From: Nocardioides sp.
GTDB lineage: Bacteria; Actinomycetota; Actinomycetes; Propionibacteriales; Nocardioidaceae
Direction of reading: 5' to 3'
Length of the DNA: 64,000 nucleotides
Assembly: GCF_035503875.1 (NCBI RefSeq)
Contig: NZ_DATJTA010000022.1
Span: forward strand, 12,607 to 76,606
The notes beneath the pieces were generated by a model. It saw nothing but the letters and a program-made list of their open reading frames with translations, was not told where the DNA came from and ran no database searches. Of this stretch, positions 8,274 through 16,133 are shown piece by piece. Within the stretch, counting starts at the first letter, position 1. Each line of letters opens with the position of its first letter. A program made the translations under genes and the position numbers.

Positions 8274-9388
8274 GAGGGGGTCACCGCCAGCCGGTAGCCG
8301 CGCTTGACGACCGTCTGCACCGCCTTGGTGCCGAGCGCGGCGCGCAGCCGGGCAACGGCCATCTCGACGGCGTGCTCGGAGCCGGCGGTGCCCGAGGGCA
8401 GCATGGCGAGCAGGGCGCGGCGGGAGACGACGTTGCCGGGGTTGGCGACCAGCGCGTGCAGGACGGCAGTCGGGGCCGGCGACAGCTTCACCTCGACGCC
8501 GTCGAGCAGCACGTCGTCGCCGTGCAGGAGCAGCAGCGCGCCGCTGTCGAGCTCGATCGAGAGGCCCTCACGCCGCGAGGGCAGCTCGACCTCCAGCTGC
8601 TTGATCATCGCCGCGAGCCGCGAGCGCTCGGGCCAGATCGTCGGCACGCCCCACATCTCGAACGCGGCCGCGGTGACCGGGCCGACGCACGAGGCCACGA
8701 CGTCGGCCTGGAAGGCGGTGACGACGTCCTCGCGGCGCCCGGTCACGCCCGCGGCCTCCATCAGCGCCGCGACCGCGGGGGCGGAGGTGAAGGTGACCGC
8801 GTCGAGCTCGCGGTCGGCGATCAGGTCGATCATCCGGAACATCGGCTCGGGGTCCTCGGCACCCGCGACGCGATAGACGGTCACGACCGTGACGTCGGCA
8901 CCCCGGCGGCGCAGGGCGTGGGCGACCATCGAGAGCGACTGCCCATGCTCCTGGACGACGATCCGCAGGCCCGCCAGGTCGCGGCCGCGCAGGTGCTCCA
9001 GCACGTCCTCGAAGCACTCCGACTCGGGCGCCCACATCTCGCGCAGCCCGCGCCGGCGCAGCGCGCCCACCGACTTGGGTCCGCGCGCGAGGATCTCGGC
9101 CGACGACAGGACGGCGACCAGCGGATCGGCGAGCCCCCAGTCGTCGGCGGCGGAGAACCAGGTCCGCATGCCGATCCCGGTCGTCGCGAGGAACATGTCG
9201 ACCGGCCGGGCGAGCACCTCCTCGGTCGCCGCGCGCAGTGACGCGTCGTCGACCTGGTTGGGGTCCTGCGAGAGCGCGGGCGCCCACTCGACGGTCGCGC
9301 CGCGTCTTTCGAGCAGGGCGATCTGCTCCTCCACCTTGCGCGCGGCGGTCACGCCGACGCGGAAGCCGGCGAGGGGCTGGTCGCTCAC
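8270..9388 (-). CDS. Uroporphyrinogen-III synthase (HemD) fused to a C-terminal OmpR-type winged-helix domain
   Basis: ORF 8270..9706 trimmed to GTG 9388 (VSDQPLAGFRVGVTAARK). It has the HEM4 fold (two halves, DAVTFTSAPAV). The C-terminus LDGVEVKLSPAPTAVLHALVANPGNVVSRRALL...AVEMAVARLRAALG..VQTVVKRGYRL is a Trans_reg_C domain. Confidence 0.85.
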   Translation of the reverse strand: MSDQPLAGFRVGVTAARKVEEQIALLERRGATVEWAPALSQDPNQVDDASLRAATEEVLARPVDMFLATTGIGMRTWFSAADDWGLADPLVAVLSSAEILARGPKSVGALRRRGLREMWAPESECFEDVLEHLRGRDLAGLRIVVQEHGQSLSMVAHALRRRGADVTVVTVYRVAGAEDPEPMFRMIDLIADRELDAVTFTSAPAVAALMEAAGVTGRREDVVTAFQADVVASCVGPVTAAAFEMWGVPTIWPERSRLAAMIKQLEVELPSRREGLSIELDSGALLLLHGDDVLLDGVEVKLSPAPTAVLHALVANPGNVVSRRALLAMLPSGTAGSEHAVEMAVARLRAALGTKAVQTVVKRGYRLAVTPS

Positions 9389-9717
9389 GCGGGGCTCTCC
9401 CTCCTGCGACCGACGAGCACCATGCCCTCGGACACCTCGACCACGTACGACGCGACCCGGACCGCCGCGTCGTCGAGGCACTGCCCGGTGCGCAGGTCGA
9501 ACGCCTGCTTGTGCATGGGCGACGCCACGAACGGGATGTCTCCCCGCGTCCCGACGATGCCGCGGGCCAGCACCGAGGCCCGTGAGAAGGGATCGTAGTT
9601 GGAGATCGCGAGGACCTCGTCGTCGTACGTCCGGAACACGGCCACGGCCTCGCCGTCGACGAGCGCCGTCACCCCGCCCTCCACCTCGATCTGATCGAGG
9701 CGGCACACAGGGGTCAT
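9385..9717 (-). CDS. nirD: Nitrite reductase small subunit NirD (Rieske-like)
   Basis: 110 aa: MTPVCRLDQIEVEGGVTALVDGEAVAVFRTYDDEVLAISNYDPFS...SPMHKQAFDLRTGQC. The start overlaps the nirB stop. Confidence 0.9.
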   Translation of the reverse strand: MTPVCRLDQIEVEGGVTALVDGEAVAVFRTYDDEVLAISNYDPFSRASVLARGIVGTRGDIPFVASPMHKQAFDLRTGQCLDDAAVRVASYVVEVSEGMVLVGRRRESPA

Positions 9718-12233
9718 CGGGGCGCCCCCACCGGGATCGTGCTCCCGAGCGAGACCGGACCGTCGGAGTCGGCGGGCGCGATCTGCTCGCGCTCGGCGCG
9801 GAACGAGATGTGCGGGTCCGGCGTTTCCGGGGCGTTGACGAAGGAGACGAACCGGGCCAGCTTGTCGGGGTCCTCGATGGTCGCCCGCCACTCGTCGACG
9901 TAGGAGTCGACGTGGCGCGCCATGGCCGCCTCCAGCTCCGAGCCGAGCCCGAGCACGTCGTCGACGACGACCTCCTTCACCCGGTCCAGGCCGCCGTCGA
10001 GGGAGTCCACCCAGGGCGCCGTGCGCTGCAGGCGGTCGGCGGTGCGGATGTAGTACATGAGGAAGCGGTCGAGGTAGCGGACCAGGGTGTCGGTGTCGAG
10101 GTCGCCGGCCAGCAGCCGGGCGTGGGCGGGGGTGGCGCCGCCGTTGCCGCCGACGTACAGGTTCCAGCCCTTCTCGGTCGCGATCACGCCGAAGTCCTTG
10201 CCGCGGGCCTCGGCGCACTCGCGCGCGCAGCCGCTGACCCCGCCCTTGAGCTTGTGCGGCGAGCGCAGCCCGCGGTAGCGCAGCTCCAGGTCGATGGCCA
10301 GCTGCACGGAGTCCTGCACGCCGTAGCGGCACCAGGTCGAGCCGACGCACGACTTCACCGTCCGCAGGGACTTGCCGTAGGCGTGGCCGGACTCGAAGCC
10401 GGCGTCGACCAGCCGGGTCCAGATGGCCGGCAGCTGCTCCATCCGGGCGCCGAACAGGTCGATCCGCTGCCCGCCGGTGATCTTGGTGTAGAGCCCGAAG
10501 TCGCGGGCCACCTCGCCGATCACGATCAGCTTCTCGGGCGTGATCTCGCCGCCGGGGATCCGCGGGACGACGGAGTAGGTGCCGTTGCGCTGGATGTTGG
10601 CGAGGTAGGCGTCGTTGGTGTCCTGGAGCGTACGGCGATCGCTCGCAAGCACGTGGTCGTTCAGCTGGCTGGCCAGGATCGAGGCCACCGTGGGCTTGCA
10701 GACGTCGCAGCCGCGGCCGGTGCCGTGCGCCTCGACGACCTGGTCGAAGCGGGTGTACCCGTGCACCGCGACGACGTCGAAGAGCTCCTGGCGGGTGAGC
10801 GGGAAGTGCTCGCACAGGCTCCGGTCGACGACCTTGCCCACCGACTCGAAGTAGTCCTCGATGATCTTCTTCGTCTGCACCTTGCAGGAGCCGCAGGTCG
10901 TGCCGGCGCGGGTGGTCTCCCCCGCCGCCGCAGCCGCGACGATGTCGCCCTTGGTCACGTCGTTGCAGGAGCAGACCTGGGCCTCGTCCGGGAGGGTCAC
11001 CGCAGTGCCGGAGGAGACCGGCAGGATCAGCTCCTCCGGGTTGGCCGGCAGCTCGATGCCGGAGGCGACCATCGGCCGCAGCACGCCGTACGCCGACGCG
11101 TCGCCGACCAGGATCCCGCCCAGCAGCTGCTTGCCGTCCTCGGAGACGACCAGCTTCTTGTAGACGCCGGCGACGGCGTCGGAGTAGACGAGCTCGAGGC
11201 AGTCGGGCGTGGTCGCGAACGCGTCGCCGAAGCTCGCGACGTCGACGCCCATCAGCTTCAGCTTGGTGGACATGTCGGCGCCGGTGAACGACCCCGGGCC
11301 GCCGAGCAGCGCGTCCACGACGACCTCGGCCATCGTGTAGCCCGGCGCGACCAGGCCGTACATCCGCCCGCCCGGCGCCGCGCACTCGCCGATCGCCCAC
11401 ACGTGCGGGTCGGAGGTCCGGCACTGCTCGTCGACGAGCACGCCGCCACGCTCGGCGAGGTCGAGCCCGGCGGCCCGCGCGAGCGCATCGCGCGGGCGGA
11501 TGCCGGCGGAGAAGACGAGGACCTCGGCCTCGACCGGGTCGGCCACGCCCTTCAGCGCGATCCCGGCCGCCCGGCCGTCGCGCTCGACGACCGCCGACGT
11601 CATCGCGCCGGCATGGATGGTCAGGCCCAGCCGCTCCAGGTGCCGGGTCAGCGTGGCCCCGCCGGCGTCGTCGACCTGGACCGCCATCGGCCGCGGCGCC
11701 ATCTCGACCACATGGGTCTCCAGGCCGAGCTGGCGCAGCGCGTTGGCCGCCTCGAGACCGAGCAGCCCGCCGCCGACGACCGCACCGACTTTGGCGGTGG
11801 CCGCAGCCACCCGGATCGCTTCGAGGTCCTCGATCGTGCGGTAGACGAAGCAGCCCGGCAGGTCGTGGCCGGGGATCGGCGGCACGAAGGGCGCGGCGCC
11901 GGTCGCCAGCACCAGCTCGTCGTAGACCAGCACCTCGCCCCCGGCGAGCAGCACGGTCCGGGTCTCGGGGTCGATGCCCTCGACGGCGGTGCCGAGCACG
12001 AGCCGGACCCGCGGGTCGTCGTACGCGCCCTCGGGGAGGAACGACAGCTCGTCGGCCCCGCGCTCGAAGAACGAGGTCAGCGCGACCCGGTCGTACGCCG
12101 GCCGCGGCTCCTCGCCCACGACGACGACGTCGTGCGTCTCGGTCAGGCCGCGCTCGATCGCGGCCTGCACGAACCGGTGGCCGACCATCCCGTGGCCGAC
12201 GACGACGAGCTTCTTCCTCAGGTGCGGGCTCAT
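9714..12233 (-). CDS. nirB: NAD(P)H-dependent assimilatory nitrite reductase large subunit NirB
   Basis: ORF 9714..12731 trimmed to ATG 12233 (MSPHLRKKLVVVGHGMVGHRF). It has FAD/NAD Rossmann folds, a BFD-like 2Fe-2S region (CSCNDVTKG...CGSC) and the sirohaem/4Fe-4S region SCVGSTWCRYG...GCARECAEA. Confidence 0.95.
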   Translation of the reverse strand: MSPHLRKKLVVVGHGMVGHRFVQAAIERGLTETHDVVVVGEEPRPAYDRVALTSFFERGADELSFLPEGAYDDPRVRLVLGTAVEGIDPETRTVLLAGGEVLVYDELVLATGAAPFVPPIPGHDLPGCFVYRTIEDLEAIRVAAATAKVGAVVGGGLLGLEAANALRQLGLETHVVEMAPRPMAVQVDDAGGATLTRHLERLGLTIHAGAMTSAVVERDGRAAGIALKGVADPVEAEVLVFSAGIRPRDALARAAGLDLAERGGVLVDEQCRTSDPHVWAIGECAAPGGRMYGLVAPGYTMAEVVVDALLGGPGSFTGADMSTKLKLMGVDVASFGDAFATTPDCLELVYSDAVAGVYKKLVVSEDGKQLLGGILVGDASAYGVLRPMVASGIELPANPEELILPVSSGTAVTLPDEAQVCSCNDVTKGDIVAAAAAGETTRAGTTCGSCKVQTKKIIEDYFESVGKVVDRSLCEHFPLTRQELFDVVAVHGYTRFDQVVEAHGTGRGCDVCKPTVASILASQLNDHVLASDRRTLQDTNDAYLANIQRNGTYSVVPRIPGGEITPEKLIVIGEVARDFGLYTKITGGQRIDLFGARMEQLPAIWTRLVDAGFESGHAYGKSLRTVKSCVGSTWCRYGVQDSVQLAIDLELRYRGLRSPHKLKGGVSGCARECAEARGKDFGVIATEKGWNLYVGGNGGATPAHARLLAGDLDTDTLVRYLDRFLMYYIRTADRLQRTAPWVDSLDGGLDRVKEVVVDDVLGLGSELEAAMARHVDSYVDEWRATIEDPDKLARFVSFVNAPETPDPHISFRAEREQIAPADSDGPVSLGSTIPVGAPR

Positions 12234-13600
12234 GCCAGTGCTCCTTCCGTGACGAGTGAGGCGACCACGGCGGCACAGCCGCCGCAGCCGGTGGTGGCGC
12301 GGGTGGTGGTGCGGGCGTCGTCGTACGACGCGCAGGCGCGGATCCGGCCGGCGCTGACGCCCGCGCAGGCGCAGACCTCGGCGTCGTCGGCGAGCACGGC
12401 GGGGGCCGCGGTCCGCTCGGGCATCAGCAGGCGACCGGGCTCGCCGGTGCCGAGCACGGTGCCGCGGTCGAAGTGCTGGGTGATCAGGCCGACGCGCGAG
12501 AGGTCGCCGACCAGGGTCCCCGCGACGATCCGGCCGCCGTGGACCACCAGCCGCCGGTGCGACCCGACCACCGGGTTGGTCACCTCGACGACCTCGCCCT
12601 CGGCGGTGGTGGGGTCGCCGAGCACGGCCACGTCCAGCCCGGTCGCGCGCAGGCGGGCGACGCTGCGGGTCCCGGCGTACGCGACCTGCTCGCCGGCGAG
12701 GTGCGCGGCCGCGAGGCCTGCCTGCTCCCACGCCGGCGGGACGAAGCCGGTCGTCCGCCCGCGGTGCTGGGCGCAGTCGCCGATCGCGAGGATGCGCTCG
12801 TCGCTGGTGCGGAGCTGGTCGTCGACCACCACGCCCCGGCGTACGTCGAGGCCGGCGCGGCGGGCGAGCGCCGTGCTGGGCCGGCCGCCGGCGGTGAGCA
12901 CCACCAGGTCGGTGTCGAGCGTGAACCCGTTGTCGAGGACCAGCCCCGCGTCGGTGAGGCGTACGGCGCGGGCGCCGGTGTAGACGGTCGCGCCCAGCCG
13001 CTTCAGGTCCCGCGCGATGATCCGCCCGGCCTTCTCGTCCACCTGGCTGCGCAGCAGGTGCTCGCCTCCCTCGACGACCTCGACCTCGAGGCCGCGCACG
13101 CTCAGCGCGCGGGCGACCTGCAGGCCCAGCAGGCCGCCGCCGACGACGACGGCCGTTCGCGCGTCCGGCACCGCGGCGTCGAGTCGACGGCAGTCGGCCA
13201 GCGACCGGAACGCGTGCACCTTCTGGTGCAGCCTCCCGTCGACCTGCACGAGCCCACGGATCGGCGGCAGCGTCGGGATGGCGCCGGTGGCCAGGACGAG
13301 CGTGTCGTACGGCATCCGGCTGCGGTCGGCGAGCTCGATCTCGCGCTCCGCGCGGTGGATCTCGACGACCCGATTGCCGAGCCGCAGGTCGACGTCGTCG
13401 CGCAGCCCGAGCTCAAGCGCCGCGGGGTCGTGGGTGCCCTCCAGGACGGCCGAGAGCAGGATCCGGTTGTACGGCGCGTGCGGCTCGTCGCCGATCAGCG
13501 CGACGCGACCGCCGCGGCCCGCCACCTCGTCGGCCAGCCGGGCCGCCGCCATCCCCGCGCCCACCACGACGACGCGCTCGGAGGTCTGGGTGGCTGACAT
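12230..13600 (-). CDS. FAD-dependent pyridine nucleotide-disulfide oxidoreductase with BFD-like 2Fe-2S domain (NasB-like electron-transfer subunit / NirB paralogue)
   Basis: ORF 12230..13660 trimmed to ATG 13600 (MSATQTSERVVVVGAGMAAARL). It has a second Rossmann fold, VVVGGGLLGLQ, and the C-terminal motif CACAGVSAGRI...TGCGGC. Its stop overlaps the nirB start (ATGA). Confidence 0.85.
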   Translation of the reverse strand: MSATQTSERVVVVGAGMAAARLADEVAGRGGRVALIGDEPHAPYNRILLSAVLEGTHDPAALELGLRDDVDLRLGNRVVEIHRAEREIELADRSRMPYDTLVLATGAIPTLPPIRGLVQVDGRLHQKVHAFRSLADCRRLDAAVPDARTAVVVGGGLLGLQVARALSVRGLEVEVVEGGEHLLRSQVDEKAGRIIARDLKRLGATVYTGARAVRLTDAGLVLDNGFTLDTDLVVLTAGGRPSTALARRAGLDVRRGVVVDDQLRTSDERILAIGDCAQHRGRTTGFVPPAWEQAGLAAAHLAGEQVAYAGTRSVARLRATGLDVAVLGDPTTAEGEVVEVTNPVVGSHRRLVVHGGRIVAGTLVGDLSRVGLITQHFDRGTVLGTGEPGRLLMPERTAAPAVLADDAEVCACAGVSAGRIRACASYDDARTTTRATTGCGGCAAVVASLVTEGALA

Positions 13601-13682
13601 GTCCCCAGCCTCGGCAACCGGCGTAACAGCGACGACATGTCGCCGTACCGCCGTCGTCAACTCTTCCTCACGGCCTCACACC
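13601..13682 (-). promoter_or_regulatory. Conserved 82-nt upstream leader/promoter of the nasB-like-nirBD operon (copy 1 of 2)
   Basis: About 69 of 82 positions (counted by eye) are identical to 17672-17753 upstream of narK. In gene orientation it reads GGTGTGAGGCCGTGAGGA..AGTTGACGAC..CGGTACGGCGACA.G.CG.CG.TGTTACGCC. This includes TTGAC, GGTAC and GTTAC pentamers phased at 11 and 22 bp. Confidence 0.5.
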
Positions 13683-13700
13683 GGAGGTCGCGACGCCCCC

Positions 13701-14088
13701 GGTGGTCGAGCAGAGAAGGACGAAGTCCTGAACGCCCGTCGAGACCCGTCTTGCCAACCACCCACCCCGACCACCCTCACCTGCACGCTGCGGGGGTCTC
13801 GACGGGCACTCGTCGCTAGCGCTCCTCACTGCTCGACCACCGGGCACCGGAGGTCGAGCAGCGAACGGACGAAGTCCTGAGCGACCGTCGAGACCCGTCT
13901 CGCCGACCACCCACCCAGACCACCGTCACCTGCACGCTGCGGGGGTCTCGACGGACATTCGTCGCTGGCGCTCCTCACTGCTCGACCACCAGCCCCGGGG
14001 GCCGAGCAGCGAACGGACGAAGTCCCGCCGTACGCCGACCTAGACCACCCTCACCTGCACGCTGCGGGAGTCTCGACGTTCGACCACC
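13701..14088. repeat. Repeat cluster B (sister family): two full hairpin elements (13701-13840, 13847-13989) and a degenerate third copy (about 13997-14088) overlapping the nasA 3' end
   Basis: Outer arms are GGTGGTCGAGCAG / CTGCTCGACCAC and inner arms are CGTCGAGACCC / GGGTCTCGACG. The internal cassettes AAGGACGAAGTCCTGA and CGTCGCT(A/G)GCGCTCCTC are shared with the main family. Confidence 0.85.
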
Positions 14089-16127
14089 GCGGAAACCGCG
14101 GCGGCGCAGACCTTGAACTCCGGCATCCGGCTGGCGGGGTCGAGGGCGTCGTTGGTGAGCCGGTTCGCGCCGACCCAGTGGAAGGGCACGAAGACCGTGT
14201 CGGGGCGGATCGTGGTGACGACCCGGGCGGGCGCCTTCAGCTCGCCGCGGCGGGTGGCGACGACGATCGGGTCGCCGTCGCGGGCGCCGATCCGGTCGGC
14301 CAACATGGGGTGCAGCTCGACGAACGTGCCGTCGTCGGGGAGGTCGCGGACGCGGCGGGTCTGCGCGCCGGACTGGTACTGCGCGAGCACCCGGCCCGTC
14401 GTCAGGTGCACCGGGTACGACGCGTCCGGCTGCTCGGCGGCGCCGAGGTGGTCGACGTCGACGAAGCGCGCCCGACCGTCGGGGGTGGCGAAGCGGTCGG
14501 CGAAGAGCCGCGGCGTACCCGGGTGCTCCGGCGTCGGGCACGGCCAGAAGACGCCGTCCTCGGCGCGGATCCGCTCGTAGCTGATGCCGGCGTAGTCGGC
14601 TCGCCCGCCCGCGGACGCCCGCCGCAGCTCGGCGAAGACCTCCTCGGGGTCGGTCGGGAACGCGGCGGTCGAGCCGAGCCGCTCGGCCAGGCCGGCCATC
14701 ACGTCGAGGTCGCTGCGCACCCCCTCGGGTGGCGCGACGGCCCGCTCGCGCAGGATCACCCGTCCCTCGAGGTTGGTCATGGTGCCGGACTCCTCGGCCC
14801 ACTGCGTGACCGGGAGTACGACGTCCGCCAGCGCGGCCGTCTCGCTCAGCACGATGTCGGCCACGACGAGCAGCTCGAGCGCGGCCAGCCGCTCCGTGAC
14901 GTGGGTGGCGTTCGGCGCGGAGACGACGATGTTGCTGCCGAAGACGAGCAACGCGGACGACCCGTCCTCGCGGCCCAGCGAGTCGAGGAGCTCGTACGCC
15001 GAGAGCCCCTTGCCCGGCAGCGTCTCCGGCTCGACGCCCCAGACCCGGGCGACGTGCTCGCGGGCGGCCGGGTCGTCGATCATCCGGTAGCCGGGGAGCT
15101 GGTCGGACTTCTGGCCGTGCTCGCGTCCGCCCTGCCCGTTGCCCTGGCCGGTCAGGCAGCCGTAGCCCGCGTGCGGGCGTCCCGGCATGCCCAGCGCGAG
15201 CGCCACGTTCAGCCAGCCCAGCACGGTCGCGGTGCCCTGGCGGTGCTGCTCGGCGCCCCGGGCGGTCAGGACGGTGACCGTCCCCGCGCCGGCGAGCAGC
15301 TCGCCCAATCGCCGCAATTGCGGCGCTTCGACACCGGTCACCCGCTCGACCCGCTCCGGCCACCACGCCGCGGCGGTCCGCCGTACGTCGTCGAAGCCGG
15401 TCGTGCGCGAGGCGAGGTACTCCTCGTCGACGGCGCCCGCCGCGTCGAGCAGGTGCAGGACACCGAGGGCGAGCGCGAGGTCGGTGCCGGGCACCGGCTG
15501 CAGGAAGGTGTCGGCTCGGTCCGCGGTCGGCGTACGACGCGGGTCGATCACCACGACGTGTCCGCCGCGCTCGCGCAGCCGGTCCAGGTGCCGCGCGGCC
15601 GGCGGCATGGTCTCGGCGAGGTTGGAGCCGACCAGCACCAGTACGTCGGTGCCCTCGATGTCGGCCAGCGGGAACGGCAGCCCCCGGTCGATCCCGAACG
15701 CCTGGTTGCCGGCCGTCGCGGCCGACGACATGCACCAGCGGCCGTTGTAGTCGATCCGGCTGGTGCCCAGCGCGGCGCGGGCGAGCTTGCCGAGCAGGTA
15801 GGCCTTCTCGTTGGTCAGCCCGCCACCGCCGAAGATCGCGACCGTGTCCCGACCGCGCTCGGCCTGCAGCCGTCGTACGCCGTCGGCGACGACGTCGAGC
15901 GCCTCGTCCCACGACGCGGCCCGCAGCTCGCCCGTCGCCTGGTCGCGCAGCAGCGGCGTGGTCAGTCGTTCCCGGCTGCCGCGCAGGCCGGTCGCCGTCC
16001 AGCCCTTGCGACACAGCGCGCCCTCGTTGACCGGGAAGTCGCGCGCCCGCACCTCGAGCGCGCGGCCCTCACGGGCGAGGGTCATGCCGCACTGCAGGGA
16101 GCAGTAGGGGCAGTGGGTGTCGGTCAA
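14040..16127 (-). CDS. nasA: Assimilatory nitrate reductase catalytic subunit (molybdopterin oxidoreductase, NasA/NasC type)
   Basis: 695-aa ORF. The TTG start at 16127 is needed to retain the N-terminal 4Fe-4S motif CPYCSLQCG. It has a MopB body and a C-terminal molybdopterin-dinucleotide-binding domain, and starts 6 nt after the narK stop. Confidence 0.9.
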   Translation of the reverse strand: MTDTHCPYCSLQCGMTLAREGRALEVRARDFPVNEGALCRKGWTATGLRGSRERLTTPLLRDQATGELRAASWDEALDVVADGVRRLQAERGRDTVAIFGGGGLTNEKAYLLGKLARAALGTSRIDYNGRWCMSSAATAGNQAFGIDRGLPFPLADIEGTDVLVLVGSNLAETMPPAARHLDRLRERGGHVVVIDPRRTPTADRADTFLQPVPGTDLALALGVLHLLDAAGAVDEEYLASRTTGFDDVRRTAAAWWPERVERVTGVEAPQLRRLGELLAGAGTVTVLTARGAEQHRQGTATVLGWLNVALALGMPGRPHAGYGCLTGQGNGQGGREHGQKSDQLPGYRMIDDPAAREHVARVWGVEPETLPGKGLSAYELLDSLGREDGSSALLVFGSNIVVSAPNATHVTERLAALELLVVADIVLSETAALADVVLPVTQWAEESGTMTNLEGRVILRERAVAPPEGVRSDLDVMAGLAERLGSTAAFPTDPEEVFAELRRASAGGRADYAGISYERIRAEDGVFWPCPTPEHPGTPRLFADRFATPDGRARFVDVDHLGAAEQPDASYPVHLTTGRVLAQYQSGAQTRRVRDLPDDGTFVELHPMLADRIGARDGDPIVVATRRGELKAPARVVTTIRPDTVFVPFHWVGANRLTNDALDPASRMPEFKVCAAAVSAVVERRDSRSVQVRVV

Positions 16128-16133
16128 CGTCGC

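Noticed and set aside
8889-12983. Very long ORFs on the opposite strand or out of frame relative to recognised genes. Examples are 8889..12983 (1364 aa), 14178..17660 (1160 aa), 60652..63828 (1058 aa), 9385..12276 (963 aa), 7466..9241, 21568..23850, 40148..42169 and 54020..56083.
   Set aside because: They are Arg/Pro/Gly/Ala-rich low-complexity translations typical of stop-poor alternative frames in very GC-rich DNA. Each overlaps a gene with clear family motifs in another frame. No motif was recognised in any of them.
13601-13660. Longer N-terminus for the nasB-like gene (start at 13660), and long N-terminal extensions of several other ORFs (5395, 9706, 12731, 20036, 26707, 31904, 36203, 47888, 60812).
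   Set aside because: The extensions are Arg-rich, overlap upstream genes or the conserved regulatory block, and precede internal starts that give canonical family N-termini. These internal starts often have an SD-like AGGAG or a 4-nt overlap with the upstream stop.
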